A stretch of DNA of 63,340 nt, the filler included, from Octopus bimaculoides (Eukaryota), in NCBI RefSeq assembly GCF_001194135.2. It is 7 parts of 6 records of this genome, joined end to end, with 100 filler letters (N's around TTAATTAATTAA, not from the genome) between each part and the next. Parts side by side here need not be neighbours in the genome. Positions count along the whole stretch, not along the records: positions 8,502 to 22,726 come from NC_069005.1; positions 22,827 to 42,299 come from NC_068992.1; 5 more parts are not named here. The stretch is one strand, 5' to 3'. The stretch's first letter is position 1; the number at the start of each line of letters is the position of its first letter. Below are positions 13,041 through 25,107 of this stretch, one piece after another. Under the pieces are notes generated by a model that saw only the letters and a program-made list of their open reading frames with translations, ran no database searches and was not told the origin of the DNA. The position numbers and the translations under genes were made by a program.

Positions 13041-13250
13041 TCTTTCATTTGTTTCAGTCATTTGACTGCGGCCATGCTGGAGTATTGCCTTAAAGGGTTT
13101 TTATTAGTCAAAGAAATCGGCCCCAGGACTTATTCTTTATAAGCCTAATACTTATTCTATTAATCTCTTTTGCCAAACCACTAAGTCACAGGAATGTAAA
13201 CACACCTATACTGGTTCTCAAACGGTGGTGGTCGTGGTGGGGACAAACAC
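13041..13250 (-). mobile_element. SINE family A, 3' half
   Basis: gtttcagtcatttgactgcggccatgctggag...ggacaaacac. Confidence 0.8.
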
Positions 13251-13474
13251 ATAAATATACTTTGAACGATGATGATGAGTACGATGCAAGAGAAAGACTT
13301 TCTTTTACCTGAGGACAGAGCTTAAATTCTGCCTGATTTCAAATTTTCAGGTGTGCTGCTGTGAAAGGGATGCATGGTTACCCAGCTAGGAGGTAAGGGC
13401 AAGGGGAGGAGGGAGAGAGTGATCAATAATGAGGGCAGAAACAGGTTCGGTGCTGTGGAGGAAAATATATTCTT

Positions 13475-13690
13475 TTCTACTCTAGGCACAAGGCCCAAAA
13501 TTTCTGGGGAGGGGGGGGGGCAGTTGATTAGATCGACCAGTACACAACTGGTACTTAATTTATTGACTCCGAAAGGATGGAATGCAAAGTCGACCTTGGC
13601 GGAATTTGAACTCAGAACGTAAAGACAGATGAAATACTGCTAAGCATTTCGTCAGGTGTGCTAACGATTCTGTTAGCTCGCCACCTTGTA
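13475..13690 (-). mobile_element. SINE family B
   Basis: ggcacaaggccc...gtcgaccttggcggaatttgaactcagaacg...ctcgccacctt. Confidence 0.85.
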
Positions 13691-14150
13691 GAGGAAAATA
13701 TATTAGAATATTTATCCCATGTGCAAGTTGAGTCCTGTGTGTGTGTGTATTATTTTATGTTTTTCTATACTAATATGGGTTGGACAAGAATGTTATTTGA
13801 AGCAAGATTTCTATGGTTCGATGCTCTTCCTGTCACCAACCCCTAACTTCTTTTTCAAATAAGGGATTAGAATATTTGAAAAAATATGTATTGATTCCCA
13901 TCCCACACATTAAATATTTGTTTTTCTTTAGTGGACTTCATAACCCACATTACAAGCCAGGTAAAATGATACCTGATCTAGACAGCCAGGTAAAGTGATA
14001 CCTGTTTAGGCAAAGCCCAGGTAAGTGAAGTAAAGAGATACAGAAAAAAAAAAAAAGCATTCTGTGCAGAAACAAAACAAAACAAAACACTTGAATTAGA
14101 CTTTAAAATAATTTAATTTCTTTTTATATAATTTAAGAAATTATATTTAT

Positions 14151-14557
14151 CGTTTACTTTTTTCAGCCAATGGACTGTGGCCATGCTGGAGCACCGCCTT
14201 GAAAAATTTCAGTCCAATGAATCAACCCCGGGAATTTTTTTTAAAGCCCGGTACTTATTCTATTGATCTCTTCTGCCAAACTTGCTAAGTCATGGGGATG
14301 GGAACACACCAACACCAATTGTCACATGGTGGTGGTGGGACAAACACAGACACACACATATATATAGATATATACACATGCACACACACATATATATACG
14401 ACGGGCTTCTTTCAGTTTCCGTCTACCAAATCCACTCACAAGGCTTTGGTTAGCTCGAGGCTTTAGTAGAAGACATTTGCTAAAGGTGCCTCACAGTGGG
14501 ACTGAACCTGGAACCATGTGGTTGGGAAGCAAGCTTCTTACCACAAAGCCACACCTG
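14151..14557 (-). mobile_element. SINE family A, near full length
   Basis: Same modules as 10041-10457. Confidence 0.85.
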
Positions 14558-14694
14558 TGATAATGTTTTTTTGCTCCACTTCTGGTTCATTTTTTTCTTA
14601 ATAATTTCTTGTATGTATTCCCACATTTTGTAAAACCTTTTGCAGAGCATTGTTGGAAAGCAAGAATGGATTCTGGAAAACAAAATTGAAATTT

Positions 14695-15150
14695 TGGTTT
14701 CAAATTTTGGCACAAGGCTGGCAAGTTTGGAGAAGGGTCAGTTGATTACATCGACCCCAGTAGTCAACTGGGACTTATTTTATCGAAAGGATGAAAGGCA
14801 AAGCCGCCCTTGGTGGAATTTGAACTCAGGACGTAGCGACAGACGAAATACCACTAAGCATTTCGCCAAGCTTATGATTCTACCAGCTCGCCACCTCGAT
14901 AATAATAATAATAATAATGATAATAATAATCCTTTTTACCGGAGGCCCAAGGCCTCAAATTTGTGGGGAGGGGACTAGTTGATCACATCGACCCCAGTAC
15001 GCAACTGGTACTTAATCTATCGACCCCAAAAGGATGAAAGGCAAAATTGACCTTGGCAGAATTTGAACTCAGAACGTAAAGACTGATGAAAAAGCCACTG
15101 AGCATTTTGTCTCTGTGTGCTAATGGTTCTGCAAGTTTGCCACTTTAGAA
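14695..15150 (-). mobile_element. Two tandem SINE family B copies separated by (AAT)n
   Basis: Two runs of tcgaccccagta...ggaatttgaactcag. Confidence 0.85.
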
Positions 15151-15239
15151 GAATTAAATTATTATCATCAAAACACATTTTACTTAGTGGAGGTTTGTGA
15201 AGTAAAAACTAGTCACATACCAGCAGTAAGAATTCTTAC

Positions 15240-15302
15240 CGATTGTGAGAATTCCTTCTACGGGAATAAGTCCTTGCTGCTTCCACTTATTGCTGTCAAA
15301 GA
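15240..15302 (-). CDS. Candidate symmetric phase-1 exon, xFDSNKWKQQGLIPVEGILTIG, gene unidentified
   Basis: gtttgttgtcatttctAG acceptor, 63 nt, ATCG|GTAAGA donor; only one frame is open. Confidence 0.45.
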
Positions 15303-15352
15303 CTAGAAATGACAACAAACACAAAACGGTTCACTTTCACTTTATAAGAATT

Positions 15353-15358
15353 TTTATT
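15353..15358 (-). promoter_or_regulatory. Putative polyadenylation signal (AATAAA) of the FAM136A-like gene
   Basis: About 300 nt past the stop codon and followed by a GU/U-rich tract on the minus strand. Confidence 0.45.
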
Positions 15359-15651
15359 ATCTCTTAGTTAGAACTCTTGCAATTCCAGTTAGGATTCTTG
15401 TAATTCCAATTGCATTTCTCCACCAATATGCCTCATATCCGCTGCCCCATCCACCCAACCAACAAGAAAACCTCTGCAATGTTTCTCTTGATCAGGTGAT
15501 ACCTGCATATGTCCACGGGAGGGATGAGCACCAAAACCAACAAGGAAACATAAACAATGATTGCTATCATCCATCCGTCCATCCATCCATCCACTCACCC
15601 AATCCACCCGTTCATCCACCCAAACTCTGCTGTGACTTGAAGATCCATGTG

Positions 15652-15843
15652 CTACTTTGACTGCACTGCTATTGTCTCCCGTATGCGTTTCATAAGAGTT
15701 GGTATCAAATTAATATGAGTCTCTGAGCACTTCCGCACGCAAGTCTCGAGCTCTCCGCGATACTGGGTCATATCCGTGGAGGTAGGGTTCATCTTGTCAC
15801 GAACTTGGTCTTTGCAGTCGAGGGCACAGCGCTGTAGACGATC
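15652..15843 (-). CDS. FAM136A: FAM136A homologue (twin CX3C mitochondrial protein), terminal coding exon
   Basis: ttttgcAG|DRLQRCALDCKDQVRDKM...ELETCVRKCSETHINLIPTLMKRIRETI..* aligns with recalled human DRLARCTMHCNDKAKDS...LDSCVTKCVDDHMHLIPTMTKKMKEAL; upstream exons not visible (probably in gaps). Confidence 0.85.
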   Translation of the reverse strand, partial: DRLQRCALDCKDQVRDKMNPTSTDMTQYRGELETCVRKCSETHINLIPTLMKRIRETIAVQSK

Positions 15844-15867
15844 CTGCAAAATAGACAGTGAGATTAC

Positions 15868-16247
15868 TTTAGCCCTTTTGTTACCATATTTGTCAAAATA
15901 TACTTTGTTTTAATTAATTTTGAAAATAATGAAGAATTGAGTAAAATAAATTTGTCATGAAGCTTCGAACACAAATTAACATAAAATTTTAATGTCAGGT
16001 TTTAATTTAGATCACTTTAACCCTTTTGTTACCATATCTGTCAAAATACATTATTTTTGTTACAATTAATTTTTAAAGTAATGAATTCAGTAAAATATCT
16101 TTTGTCATTTTAAAACTGGTGTTTGGAACCTAAATCAACATAAAATTTCAATAACAGGGTTTCATTGAGATCACTTCGAAACTTGGGATTTGTATCATTG
16201 ATCCATGGGTTGTCCGAGACGGAGGTGATTGATATCAAAAGGATTAA
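15868..16247. mobile_element. TTAA-flanked piggyBac-type MITE (16017-16247), preceded by a tandem duplicate of its 5' about 150 bp
   Basis: TTAAcccttttgttacc ... atcaaaaggaTTAA; cccttttgttaccatat..gtcaaaata occurs twice. Confidence 0.6.
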
Positions 16248-16504
16248 GCAGGCACTGACCAAACAGGAAAATGGATTCATGAATGATTAAAAAAATTTTT
16301 TTTTTTTTATCAACGTGTTTGTAGCATGATACATGTAAGAGCATGTAAATGAATATAAGCCTTGAATTAATCATCCATATCTCTCGCTATATATATACAC
16401 CCACACACACACGCACATACATACACCCATCCCCACACACAAATCTAACCTACATACCCAGATAAATAAGCATTGCATGTAACAGCATGTAGGTGTGTAT
16501 TTGT

Positions 16505-16700
16505 GTGTGTGATCAACATCATTGTAGTTGTTGTTTTAACGTCCTCTTTTCCATGTTTGCAAGGCTTGGATGGGATTTGCTGAGGCATATATATTCTACA
16601 GACGGATGCCCATCCAGTCACCAACCTTCATCTGCTTCCAAGCAAGGTAATATTTCCACCATGAGCAGAACACGTTCTTGTAGAATGTTGGAAATCAATG
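16505..16700 (-). mobile_element. Family E / RTE-like 3' tail, diverged
   Basis: tttaacgtcc..ttccatg...ggatgccc.tcc.gtcaccaacc is the reverse complement of the family E tail; a shorter piece lies at 13770-13850. Confidence 0.65.
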
Positions 16701-18177
16701 ACCCCGCTTGTATGACAATGACACTCATTTACAACTTTCATGCAGTGTCAAGACTAAGAGACATACACATCCATCCATCTGTTCTTTTTTGTCTCTCTCT
16801 CTCTCTCTGTCTATCTACAGCTCCATTTATCTATCTACCTATTGATGTATGTATGTATGTATGTATCTATCCAATTATCCCTCTCTCTATCTGCCTGTTT
16901 TTTTTGTCCCTCTCACTTTCTCTCTCTCTGTCCATCTATCCATTTCTGTCTGTTTTCTCTCTCTCTCTCTCTCTCTCTCCATCAGTTTATCTATCTATGT
17001 ATCTGTTTATGTATATACAAGACGCATTTTAAGTGGCACTAACACCAGTGCTTTACACATGGCACCAACACGGTTACCTTTTATGTGGCACCAGCATGTA
17101 AAAAAAAAATGTCGCAAAAAAAACAAAAAAACTCAACGCAGCCCCTACATGCACAGTTGGGTCTTCCATTTGCTTTAAAACACTAAACATTTTTTCTTCC
17201 TGTTCTCTGCTGCTGCTGTAATTGGGCTGAGCCTCATGTGCTGTGTGTTTTTTTCATGTCATCAGATACAGTAAGGAGCTCTGTGTGTTCTGAGTAGAGA
17301 CACAATTAGTCATGAGGCTAGTACAAGAGTGAAGCAGAAAAACCTGCCACATATATCAAAACGCCAATTAATATGGCACCAGTGAAGTTAAGAAGATGGT
17401 AATCCCGTCTTCATGCAACTAGAGTTTCGCTGTTCATTCTGCTTTAGAGTTACCGTTATGCTTTGAATCAGTGCCTGCTGTGTGTTTGGTGTTGTAGCAT
17501 CAAGAATGGTAAATTTGTTGTGCTGCACTCCTCTCTAGTGATTCCATATAGACATTTGGCCATTTTCGAGTAAAGGACGTATAAGGAGAGGGAAAGGGGG
17601 AAGCGATGGGGGGGGGAAACCAGATGGAACATAGATGCATGTAAAAATAGCAACCATTTCCTATGCAGTAGGTTGTGTGTGTGTGTGTGTGTNNNNNNNN
17701 NNNNNNNNNNNNNNNNNNNNNNNNNNNNNNNNNNNNNNNNNNNNNNNNNNNNNNNNNNNNNNNNNNNNNNNNNNNNNNNNNNNNNNNNNNNNNNNNNNNN
17801 NNNNNNNNNNNNNNNNNNNNNNNNNNNNNNNNNNNNNNNNNNNNNNNNNNNNNNNNNNNNNNNNNNNNNNNNNNNNNNNNNNNNNNNNNNNNNNNNNNNN
17901 NNNNNNNNNNNNNNNNNNNNNNNNNNNNNNNNNNNNNNNNNNNNNNNNNNNNNNNNNNNNNNNNNNNNNNNNNNNNNNNNNNCACCACTACCACCATCAC
18001 CATCATCTACTGCTGCAGCAGCAACAGCCACCACTGCAGACAAAAATATACAAGGGAGACTGGGCAGAAGATGCGAAGAGGGAACAGAAGTGGGGTCAGG
18101 GTGGGGAGAGAGAGAGAGACCTAAATAGTCATGATGATGAGGGTTCGGCAAGTTCTTGCTGAACAACCCAAGCAGGG

Positions 18178-18262
18178 AGGATTTGTGGCTGTGTGGTAAG
18201 GCAGCTGGCTTCCTAACCCCTTGGTTCTGGGTTTAATCCCATTGTGTGGCACCTCGGGCTGA

Positions 18263-18299
<37 letters not shown>

Positions 18300-18400
18300 C
18301 GTGTGTGTGTGTGTGTCTGTATTTGTTCCCCATCACCACCTGACAACCGGTGTTGGTGCGTTCATGTCCCTATAACTTCGCAGTTCGGCAAAAGAGACCA
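18178..18400 (+). mobile_element. SINE family A, internally deleted
   Basis: tggctgtgtggtaag head, (TA)n/(TG)n, then cttgacaacc...gttcggcaaaagagacc. Confidence 0.75.
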
Positions 18401-18414
18401 TGACGACGAAATAA

Positions 18415-18548
18415 TCGCAGAGCAAGGTGGAAATGAGGTGTTTCGCTCAAGAACACAGTGCAATGCCCCCACCCCTGATCTGGGAATTGAAACTGCGACC
18501 TCATAATTGCGAGCGCAACACCCTAACCACTAAACCACGTGCCTTCAC
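18415..18548 (-). mobile_element. SINE family C head (tRNA plus gtgttcttgagc core)
   Basis: Reverse complement of gtgaaggcacgtggtttagtggttaggg...tttcaattccc...gttcttgagcgaaacac. Confidence 0.7.
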
Positions 18549-18876
18549 AGACAGACACACGCCTATATACATACATAACAGATATATATGTATAGGTATG
18601 GCTATAGATAGACCCCCACACACAGAAAATTATAAGCACAACAATGTTTATATTTATACATGTGTGTGTGTGTGTGTGAGTATGTATACATATACATATA
18701 AACAAACAGATAGGCTGCTTGTTTCTTCTGGAATGGGTCAAGTGATATAGACATGTGTATGTATGTGTGTGTGTGTGTGTGTGTATCATCATCATCATCA
18801 TGATGGCCATTAAATGATGATGACGATGATATATATGTGCATATATGTGTGTGTGTGAGTATATGTAACTCTGTGG

Positions 18877-18910
<34 letters not shown>

Positions 18911-20060
18911 AGTTGTCATTTTATGCCACTCAGTGCTTGTAAATACATTCACAGGTTCTGGGGGTTTTATGGCTTGGTTGTATTTGTCGTCATGGACNNN
19001 NNNNNNNNNNNNNNNNNNNNNNNNNNNNNNNNNNNNNNNNNNNNNNNNNNNNNNNNNNNNNNNNNNNNNNNNNNNNNNNNNNNNNNNNNNNNNNNNNNNN
19101 NNNNNNNNNNNNNNNNNNNNNNNNNNNNNNNNNNNNNNNNNNNNNNNNNNNNNNNNNNNNNNNNNNNNNNNNNNNNNNNNNNNNNNNNNNNNNNNNNNNN
19201 NNNNNNNNNNNNNNNNNNNNNNNNNNNNNNNNNNNNNNNNNNNNNNNNNNNNNNNNNNNNNNNNNNNNNNNNNNNNNNNNNNNNNNNNNNNNNNNNNNNN
19301 NNNNNNNNNNNNNNNNNNNNNNNNNNNNNNNNNNNNNNNNNNNNNNNNNNNNNNNNNNNNNNNNNNNNNNNNNNNNNNNNNNNNNNNNNNNNNNNNNNNN
19401 NNNNNNNNNNNNNNNNNNNNNNNNNNNNNNNNNNNNNNNNNNNNNNNNNNNNNNNNNNNNNNNNNNNNNNNNNNNNNNNNNNNNNNNNNNNNNNNNNNNN
19501 NNNNNNNNNNNNNNNNNNNNNNNNNNNNNNNNNNNNNNNNNNNNNNNNNNNNNNNNNNNNNNNNNNNNNNNNNNNNNNNNNNNNNNNNNNNNNNNNNNNN
19601 NNNNNNNNNNNNNNNNNNNNNNNNNNNNNNNNNNNNNNNNNNNNNNNNNNNNNNNNNNNNNNNNNNNNNNNNNNNNNNNNNNNNNNNNNNNNNNNNNNNN
19701 NNNNNNNNNNNNNNNNNNNNNNNNNNNNNNNNNNNNNNNNNNNNNNNNNNNNNNNNNNNNNNNNNNNNNNNNNNNNNNNNNNNNNNNNNNNNNNNNNNNN
19801 NNNNNNNNNNNNNNNNNNNNNNNNNNNNNNNNNNNNNNNNNNNNNNNNNNNNNNNNNNNNNNNNNNNNNNNNNNNNNNNNNNNNNNNNNNNNNNNNNNNN
19901 NNNNNNNNNNNNNNNNNNNNNNNNNNNNNNNNNNNNNNNNNNNNNNNNNNNNNNNNNNNNNNNNNNNNNNNNNNNNNNNNNNNNNNNNNNNNTGTAATTC
20001 TTCGAAACATATGTCGGAATAAAGTATGCAGTTATAACATGCGTTCACTCCATTCCTTAA

Positions 20061-20106
<46 letters not shown>

Positions 20107-20324
20107 TAAGAGAGAGAGAGTACTGAAGAATGACCTCAGGAAGTTGAACCTTTCAGGTGAGATAACAAAGAATGGAGAAGCCTTGGTGCCTGGGTGTACT
20201 CAAGAAGACTCGTAACCCACCACAGAGGTGTTAACATTGATCCTTCTGGTGGCACAAAGCACTTGTAGCAGTGCCATGTAAAACCCTCCATGCAGTGTGA
20301 AATAAAGCGCCCTTAGGTGTGTAC

Positions 20325-20575
20325 ATTGTGGTTAAGGGATTCGGTTCATGATAGTAAGGTCATGAGTGCGATTCCCCCCCGGTGATGCATTGTGTCCTTG
20401 AGCAAGACACTTTATTTCCATGTTGCTCTCATCCACTCAGCTGGTAAAAATGAGTAATACCTGTAATTTCAAAGGGTCCAGCCTTGTCACATTCTGTGTC
20501 ATGCTGAATCTCTCTGAGAAGTATGAGAAGTGAGTACGCGTGTCTGTGGAGTGCTCAACCACTTTCATGTTAATT
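20325..20575 (+). mobile_element. SINE with family C head/core and family D tail
   Basis: gtgtccttgagcaagacac...ccactcagctgg, then ccagccttgtcaca...gtctgtggagtgctcaaccactt. Confidence 0.75.
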
Positions 20576-20805
20576 TCTGTCTGTCTATGTGTATCCCTTT
20601 GCCTCTCTGTCTACCTATCTATCTGTTTGCCTATCTATCTACCTACCTACCTATCTATCTATCTATTTGTCTGTCTATCTATCTATCTATCTATCTACCT
20701 ACCTATCAGTCTGGCTACATATCTATCTCTTTGTTTCTCTATCTGTCTGTCTGTCTACACATTTATCTAATTGCCTATGTATATATCTCTCTCTCTATCT
20801 ATTTA

Positions 20806-21030
20806 ACCCTTGAACATAGGAGATTACTCTGTCAAATCTGATGTTTATTCCTTCACATTATTTCGAAGGAATCATGCTTTATCTCAGAGCCTCAACACTT
20901 CAACAGATGTGACTGTTTATTTTTTTAAAGCAACACTCTAAGGTAGAAGCCACAGTCTACAGCTGATCAATTTTAGCACAAAACAGAATATTTAGGCTAG
21001 ATGTAACTGGTTGAAATCCTAAACAGTTAA
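20806..21030. mobile_element. Diverged piggyBac-type MITE (same family as 44618 and 45015)
   Basis: ttaacccttg...gattactctgtcaaat...catgctttatct. Confidence 0.5.
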
Positions 21031-21074
21031 ACCACTGTTAATCTTGCTTACATTCACACTACTCCATTTTAAGT

Positions 21075-21375
21075 GCGAGTGGCTGAGCACTCCACAGACA
21101 CGTGTACCCTTAATGTAGTTCTCAGAGAGATTCAGTATGACAGAGTGTGACAAGGCTGACCCTTTGAATTACAGGCACAACAGAAACAGGAAGAAAGAGT
21201 GAGAGAAAGTTGGGGTGAAAGAGTACAGCAGTGTTCGCCACCATCCCCTGCCGGAGCCTCGTGGAGCTTTAGGTGTTTTTGCTCAATAAACACTCACAAT
21301 GCCCAGTCTGGGAATTGAAACCGTAATCCTACAACCGCAAGCCCACTGCCCTAACCATTGGGCCATTGTGCCTCC
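21075..21375 (-). mobile_element. SINE family D
   Basis: gagcactccacagacacgtgtaccctt...gggaattgaaacc...ccctaaccattgggcc (reverse-complement tRNA head). Confidence 0.85.
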
Positions 21376-21499
21376 ACACACACACACACACACACGCAAA
21401 ATTAATCTAAATCCATACTTTTCTGGGAGTGGCTTTTATCTTTTAAACTCTTTCTCAATAATTCCTTATAAAAAACACAGAAGGTAAAAGATATATATA

Positions 21500-21800
21500 T
21501 ACACAAATAAAAATACAAATATATAGAACGTCCTATCCAGAAGGTATAAACAATCGACTAAAAATAAGCAATCCAAATGAATTACTAAAGCGTGTCAGGT
21601 GACTAAAAACCTAAATGGGGTGTTTTGGAACGTAACACCTGTGATAGTTGAGGGATGACTGTATATAGGTACAAATGTAATTCTTTTTTTCTCAAATAAA
21701 TTGCACTTTGTATTTCAAGGCTCTGATGAAGCTATAAAGTGTTATTCAGGCATTCAACTAAGAATCCGCTGCATCTTACAGCAGAAACAGTTGTAACCTA
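21500..21800 (+). mobile_element. Remnant PLE 3' end (GIY-YIG C-terminus plus UTR)
   Basis: IQIYRTSYPEGIN at 21513-21551 resembles the WIxxLxTxYPxGLN end of PLE GIY-YIG domains; followed by a hammerhead-like motif. Confidence 0.45.
21717..21799 (+). ncRNA. Degenerate type I hammerhead-ribozyme-like motif
   Basis: aaggct CTGATGA a gct...agc a GAAAC agtt GTA acct. Confidence 0.45.
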
Positions 21801-21904
21801 ATGAAGTTCATAAGATAAATTTATCATTTTTTCCTGTGTCATCTCGTTTTCTTGTCACTGCTCTAACACCCGTATTGAGTCCTACACTAGGTTATTAGTC
21901 TCGC

Positions 21905-22170
21905 TATGCCTAAGCGAAATGTGTGTGTGTGTGTGTCTTTGTGTCTGTGTTTGTTCCCCTACCCCAATGCTTGACAACCATTGTCGGTGTGTTTACATCC
22001 CCCTTTAACTTAGCAGTTCAGCAAAAGAAACAAATACACCGACAGAATAAGTACCAGGCTTAATAAAGAGAGAAACACATGTATCGGTGGAGTCGACTGA
22101 TTCATTCAACTAGAAATTATCCAAGGCCATGGCTGTTGTCCAGCAGCTAAAACTAGCAAATGGCTAAAGC
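21905..22170 (+). mobile_element. SINE family A, 3' half
   Basis: gtgtctgtgtttgttcccc...cttgacaacc...gaataagtaccaggctt. Confidence 0.75.
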
Positions 22171-22676
22171 ATAACCCAATTGTATTCAGCTTCCTCACAA
22201 AGCAGTTAACCAACTCAAAACAGCTACTGGTAATTTTCTTAATGAATTATATATGTTAGTTGTGAACATAAAAGTGGTCAATGGTAGATTTTTATTTTGT
22301 TTATTAAATAATCTCTTCCGCAATATCTTCTGTTAGTCATTCACATACTTCACTGAATAGCCACAACAATAAATTCTCTGTAAGTGTTTCTTGGAAAATC
22401 CTGACCTATTAAAGTGGGTTTACAAGAAATCTATACGGTGGTCAGTGTGACCTGCAGCCACGTTTATCCTATCTTTTATTGAGTGATAATGGAAGTGTAA
22501 CGCTAGCAGCCTTTATTTGTGTGTGTGCATAGGTGACTGGGTGGGTTGGGTGTGACTAGTGTAGAGGAAAAAAAAATACAGGTTATGTGAAGTAGACGCA
22601 CATAAATAAAATAAACACACACATATACATATTGATATAGAAAATGTGTATATACTATATCAATATGCATATGTAA

Positions 22677-22726
<50 letters not shown>

Positions 22727-23199
22727 NNNNNNNNNNNNNNNNNNNNNNNNNNNNNNNNNNNNNNNNNNNNTTAATTAATTAANNNNNNNNNNNNNNNNNN
22801 NNNNNNNNNNNNNNNNNNNNNNNNNNCACACACACACACACACACGCACATATATATGTAGCTCAGAATATTGTTTCCAACAGAGATCTTTTCACATGTT
22901 TTAATAAACTACCAAGTATTCTATTCATCACTTTAACGCCTTGTAGGCGTTAATTTTTATTAAGCATTTTTTCTTATGTTGGTGTGAAGTACTTTATGAG
23001 AATTCCAATTATGTTCTACATTGATTATAGCACTATTTTCGTCAACCTAGTTTTCACATGTATGTTATGAGTGTATCAACATATTAACCCCTTAGTAACG
23101 ATGGAAATATTTTCTCCATCGTTTCTGAATTGTGTAAATACCTGTTCGATTAACAGTATAGTTTTTTTTTCTTATTAAGAAATAATGTATTGATTACAA

Positions 23200-23610
23200 A
23201 ATTTAGCACAAGGCCAGGAATTTCAAGGGAAGGAGTAAGTCGATTACATCAACCTCAGTGCTTAACTGGTACTTATTTTATCAACCCTGAAAGGAAGAAA
23301 CGCAAAATCGATCTCAGCAGAATTTGAACTTAGAAGGTGAAGACGGACGAAATGGCGCTAAGCAGTTTTCCCGGCGTTTTAGCGATTCTGCCCGCTCATC
23401 GCCGAAAATAATGGCTTCAAATTTTGGCAGCAAGGGGCTTAAATCGATTGCAACAATCCAAGTACTCAACTGGTGCTTATTTTACTGACCCTCAAAAAAA
23501 ATGAAAGGTAAAGTTTACCTCAGCGGAATTTGAACTCAGAACATGAAAATAAACGTAAAGACATTTTTGTCCGGTGTGCTAACGATTCTACCAAATGGCC
23601 GCCTTATTTT
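23200..23610 (-). mobile_element. Two tandem SINE family B copies
   Basis: Two gcagaatttgaactt/ggaatttgaactcag B-box regions. Confidence 0.8.
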
Positions 23611-23811
23611 GAAATAATAACTTTACAATAGTGTATTGACAATAATACTACGCTTATCCCACAATGTGACATATTACCTGACTGGGCAGCAAATACTCAC
23701 TGATTTCAGTCATTGCACTCCAGTCATGCTGGAGCAACGACTCCTAAACGTTCAGCCGACGCCAAAACGTATTTAGGCTACAATATAAAGTCTATGCAAC
23801 TGGTTAAGTAA

Positions 23812-23843
<32 letters not shown>

Positions 23844-25107
23844 NNNNNNNNNNNNNNNNNNNNNNNNNNNNNNNNNNNNNNNNNNNNNNNNNNNNNNNNN
23901 NNNNNNNNNNNNNNNNNNNNNNNNNNNNNNNNNNNNNNNNNNNNNNNNNNNNNNNNNNNNNNNNNNNNNNNNNNNNNNNNNNNNNNNNNNNNNNNNNNNN
24001 NNNNNNNNNNNNNNNNNNNNNNNNNNNNNNNNNNNNNNNNNNNNNNNNNNNNNNNNNNNNNNNNNNNNNNNNNNNNNNNNNNNNNNNNNNNNNNNNNNNN
24101 NNNNNNNNNNNNNNNNNNNNNNNNNNNNNNNNNNNNNNNNNNNNNNNNNNNNNNNNNNNNNNNNNNNNNNNNNNNNNNNNNNNNNNNNNNNNNNNNNNNN
24201 NNNNNNNNNNNNNNNNNNNNNNNNNNNNNNNNNNNNNNNNNNNNNNNNNNNNNNNNNNNNNNNNNNNNNNNNNNNNNNNNNNNNNNNNNNNNNNNNNNNN
24301 NNNNNNNNNNNNNNNNNNNNNNNNNNNNNNNNNNNNNNNNNNNNNNNNNNNNNNNNNNNNNNNNNNNNNNNNNNNNNNNNNNNNNNNNNNNNNNNNNNNN
24401 NNNNNNNNNNNNNNNNNNNNNNNNNNNNNNNNNNNNNNNNNNNNNNNNNNNNNNNNNNNNNNNNNNNNNNNNNNNNNNNNNNNNNNNNNNNNNNNNNNNN
24501 NNNNNNNNNNNNNNNNNNNNNNNNNNNNNNNNNNNNNNNNNNNNNNNNNNNNNNNNNNNNNNNNNNNNNNNNNNNNNNNNNNNNNNNNNNNNNNNNNNNN
24601 NNNNNNNNNNNNNNNNNNNNNNNNNNNNNNNNNNNNNNNNNNNNNNNNNNNNNNNNNNNNNNNNNNNNNNNNNNNNNNNNNNNNNNNNNNNNNNNNNNNN
24701 NNNNNNNNNNNNNNNNNNNNNNNNNNNNNNNNNNNNNNNNNNNNNNNNNNNNNNNNNNNNNNNNNNNNNNNNNNNNNNNNNNNNNNNNNNNNNNNNNNNN
24801 NNNNNNNNNNNNNNNNATGAATATATATTTATTATATAACCATTTATTTTCAATTTTATCCATTACATTTGAAAAGTGAATAAAAATTTTATACTAAAGT
24901 TGACTAATGATGTAAGATATGCAGAAATGTTTCTTTTTTTTTTCTTTTTAAGCAAATTCAGAAACGCTTCAAGAGGGACATTACTAGAATCGTATCAAGC
25001 TAGGTGGGTTTTCTAAGATCATGGATATTGTTCCTTCCTCCTGATCCAGCTAGTCTAAGGAAAAGAAAGTAGAATATCTCAGAACAAACCATGTGAATAT
25101 ATCTTCT

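Noticed and set aside
13309-13358. Apparent minus-strand exon with good acceptor and donor
   Set aside because: Stop codons in all three frames.
17983-18162. His/Gln-rich ORF HHHHLLLQQQQPP...DDEGSASSC
   Set aside because: Built from CAC/CAT/CAG microsatellites next to a gap; no splice or homology support.
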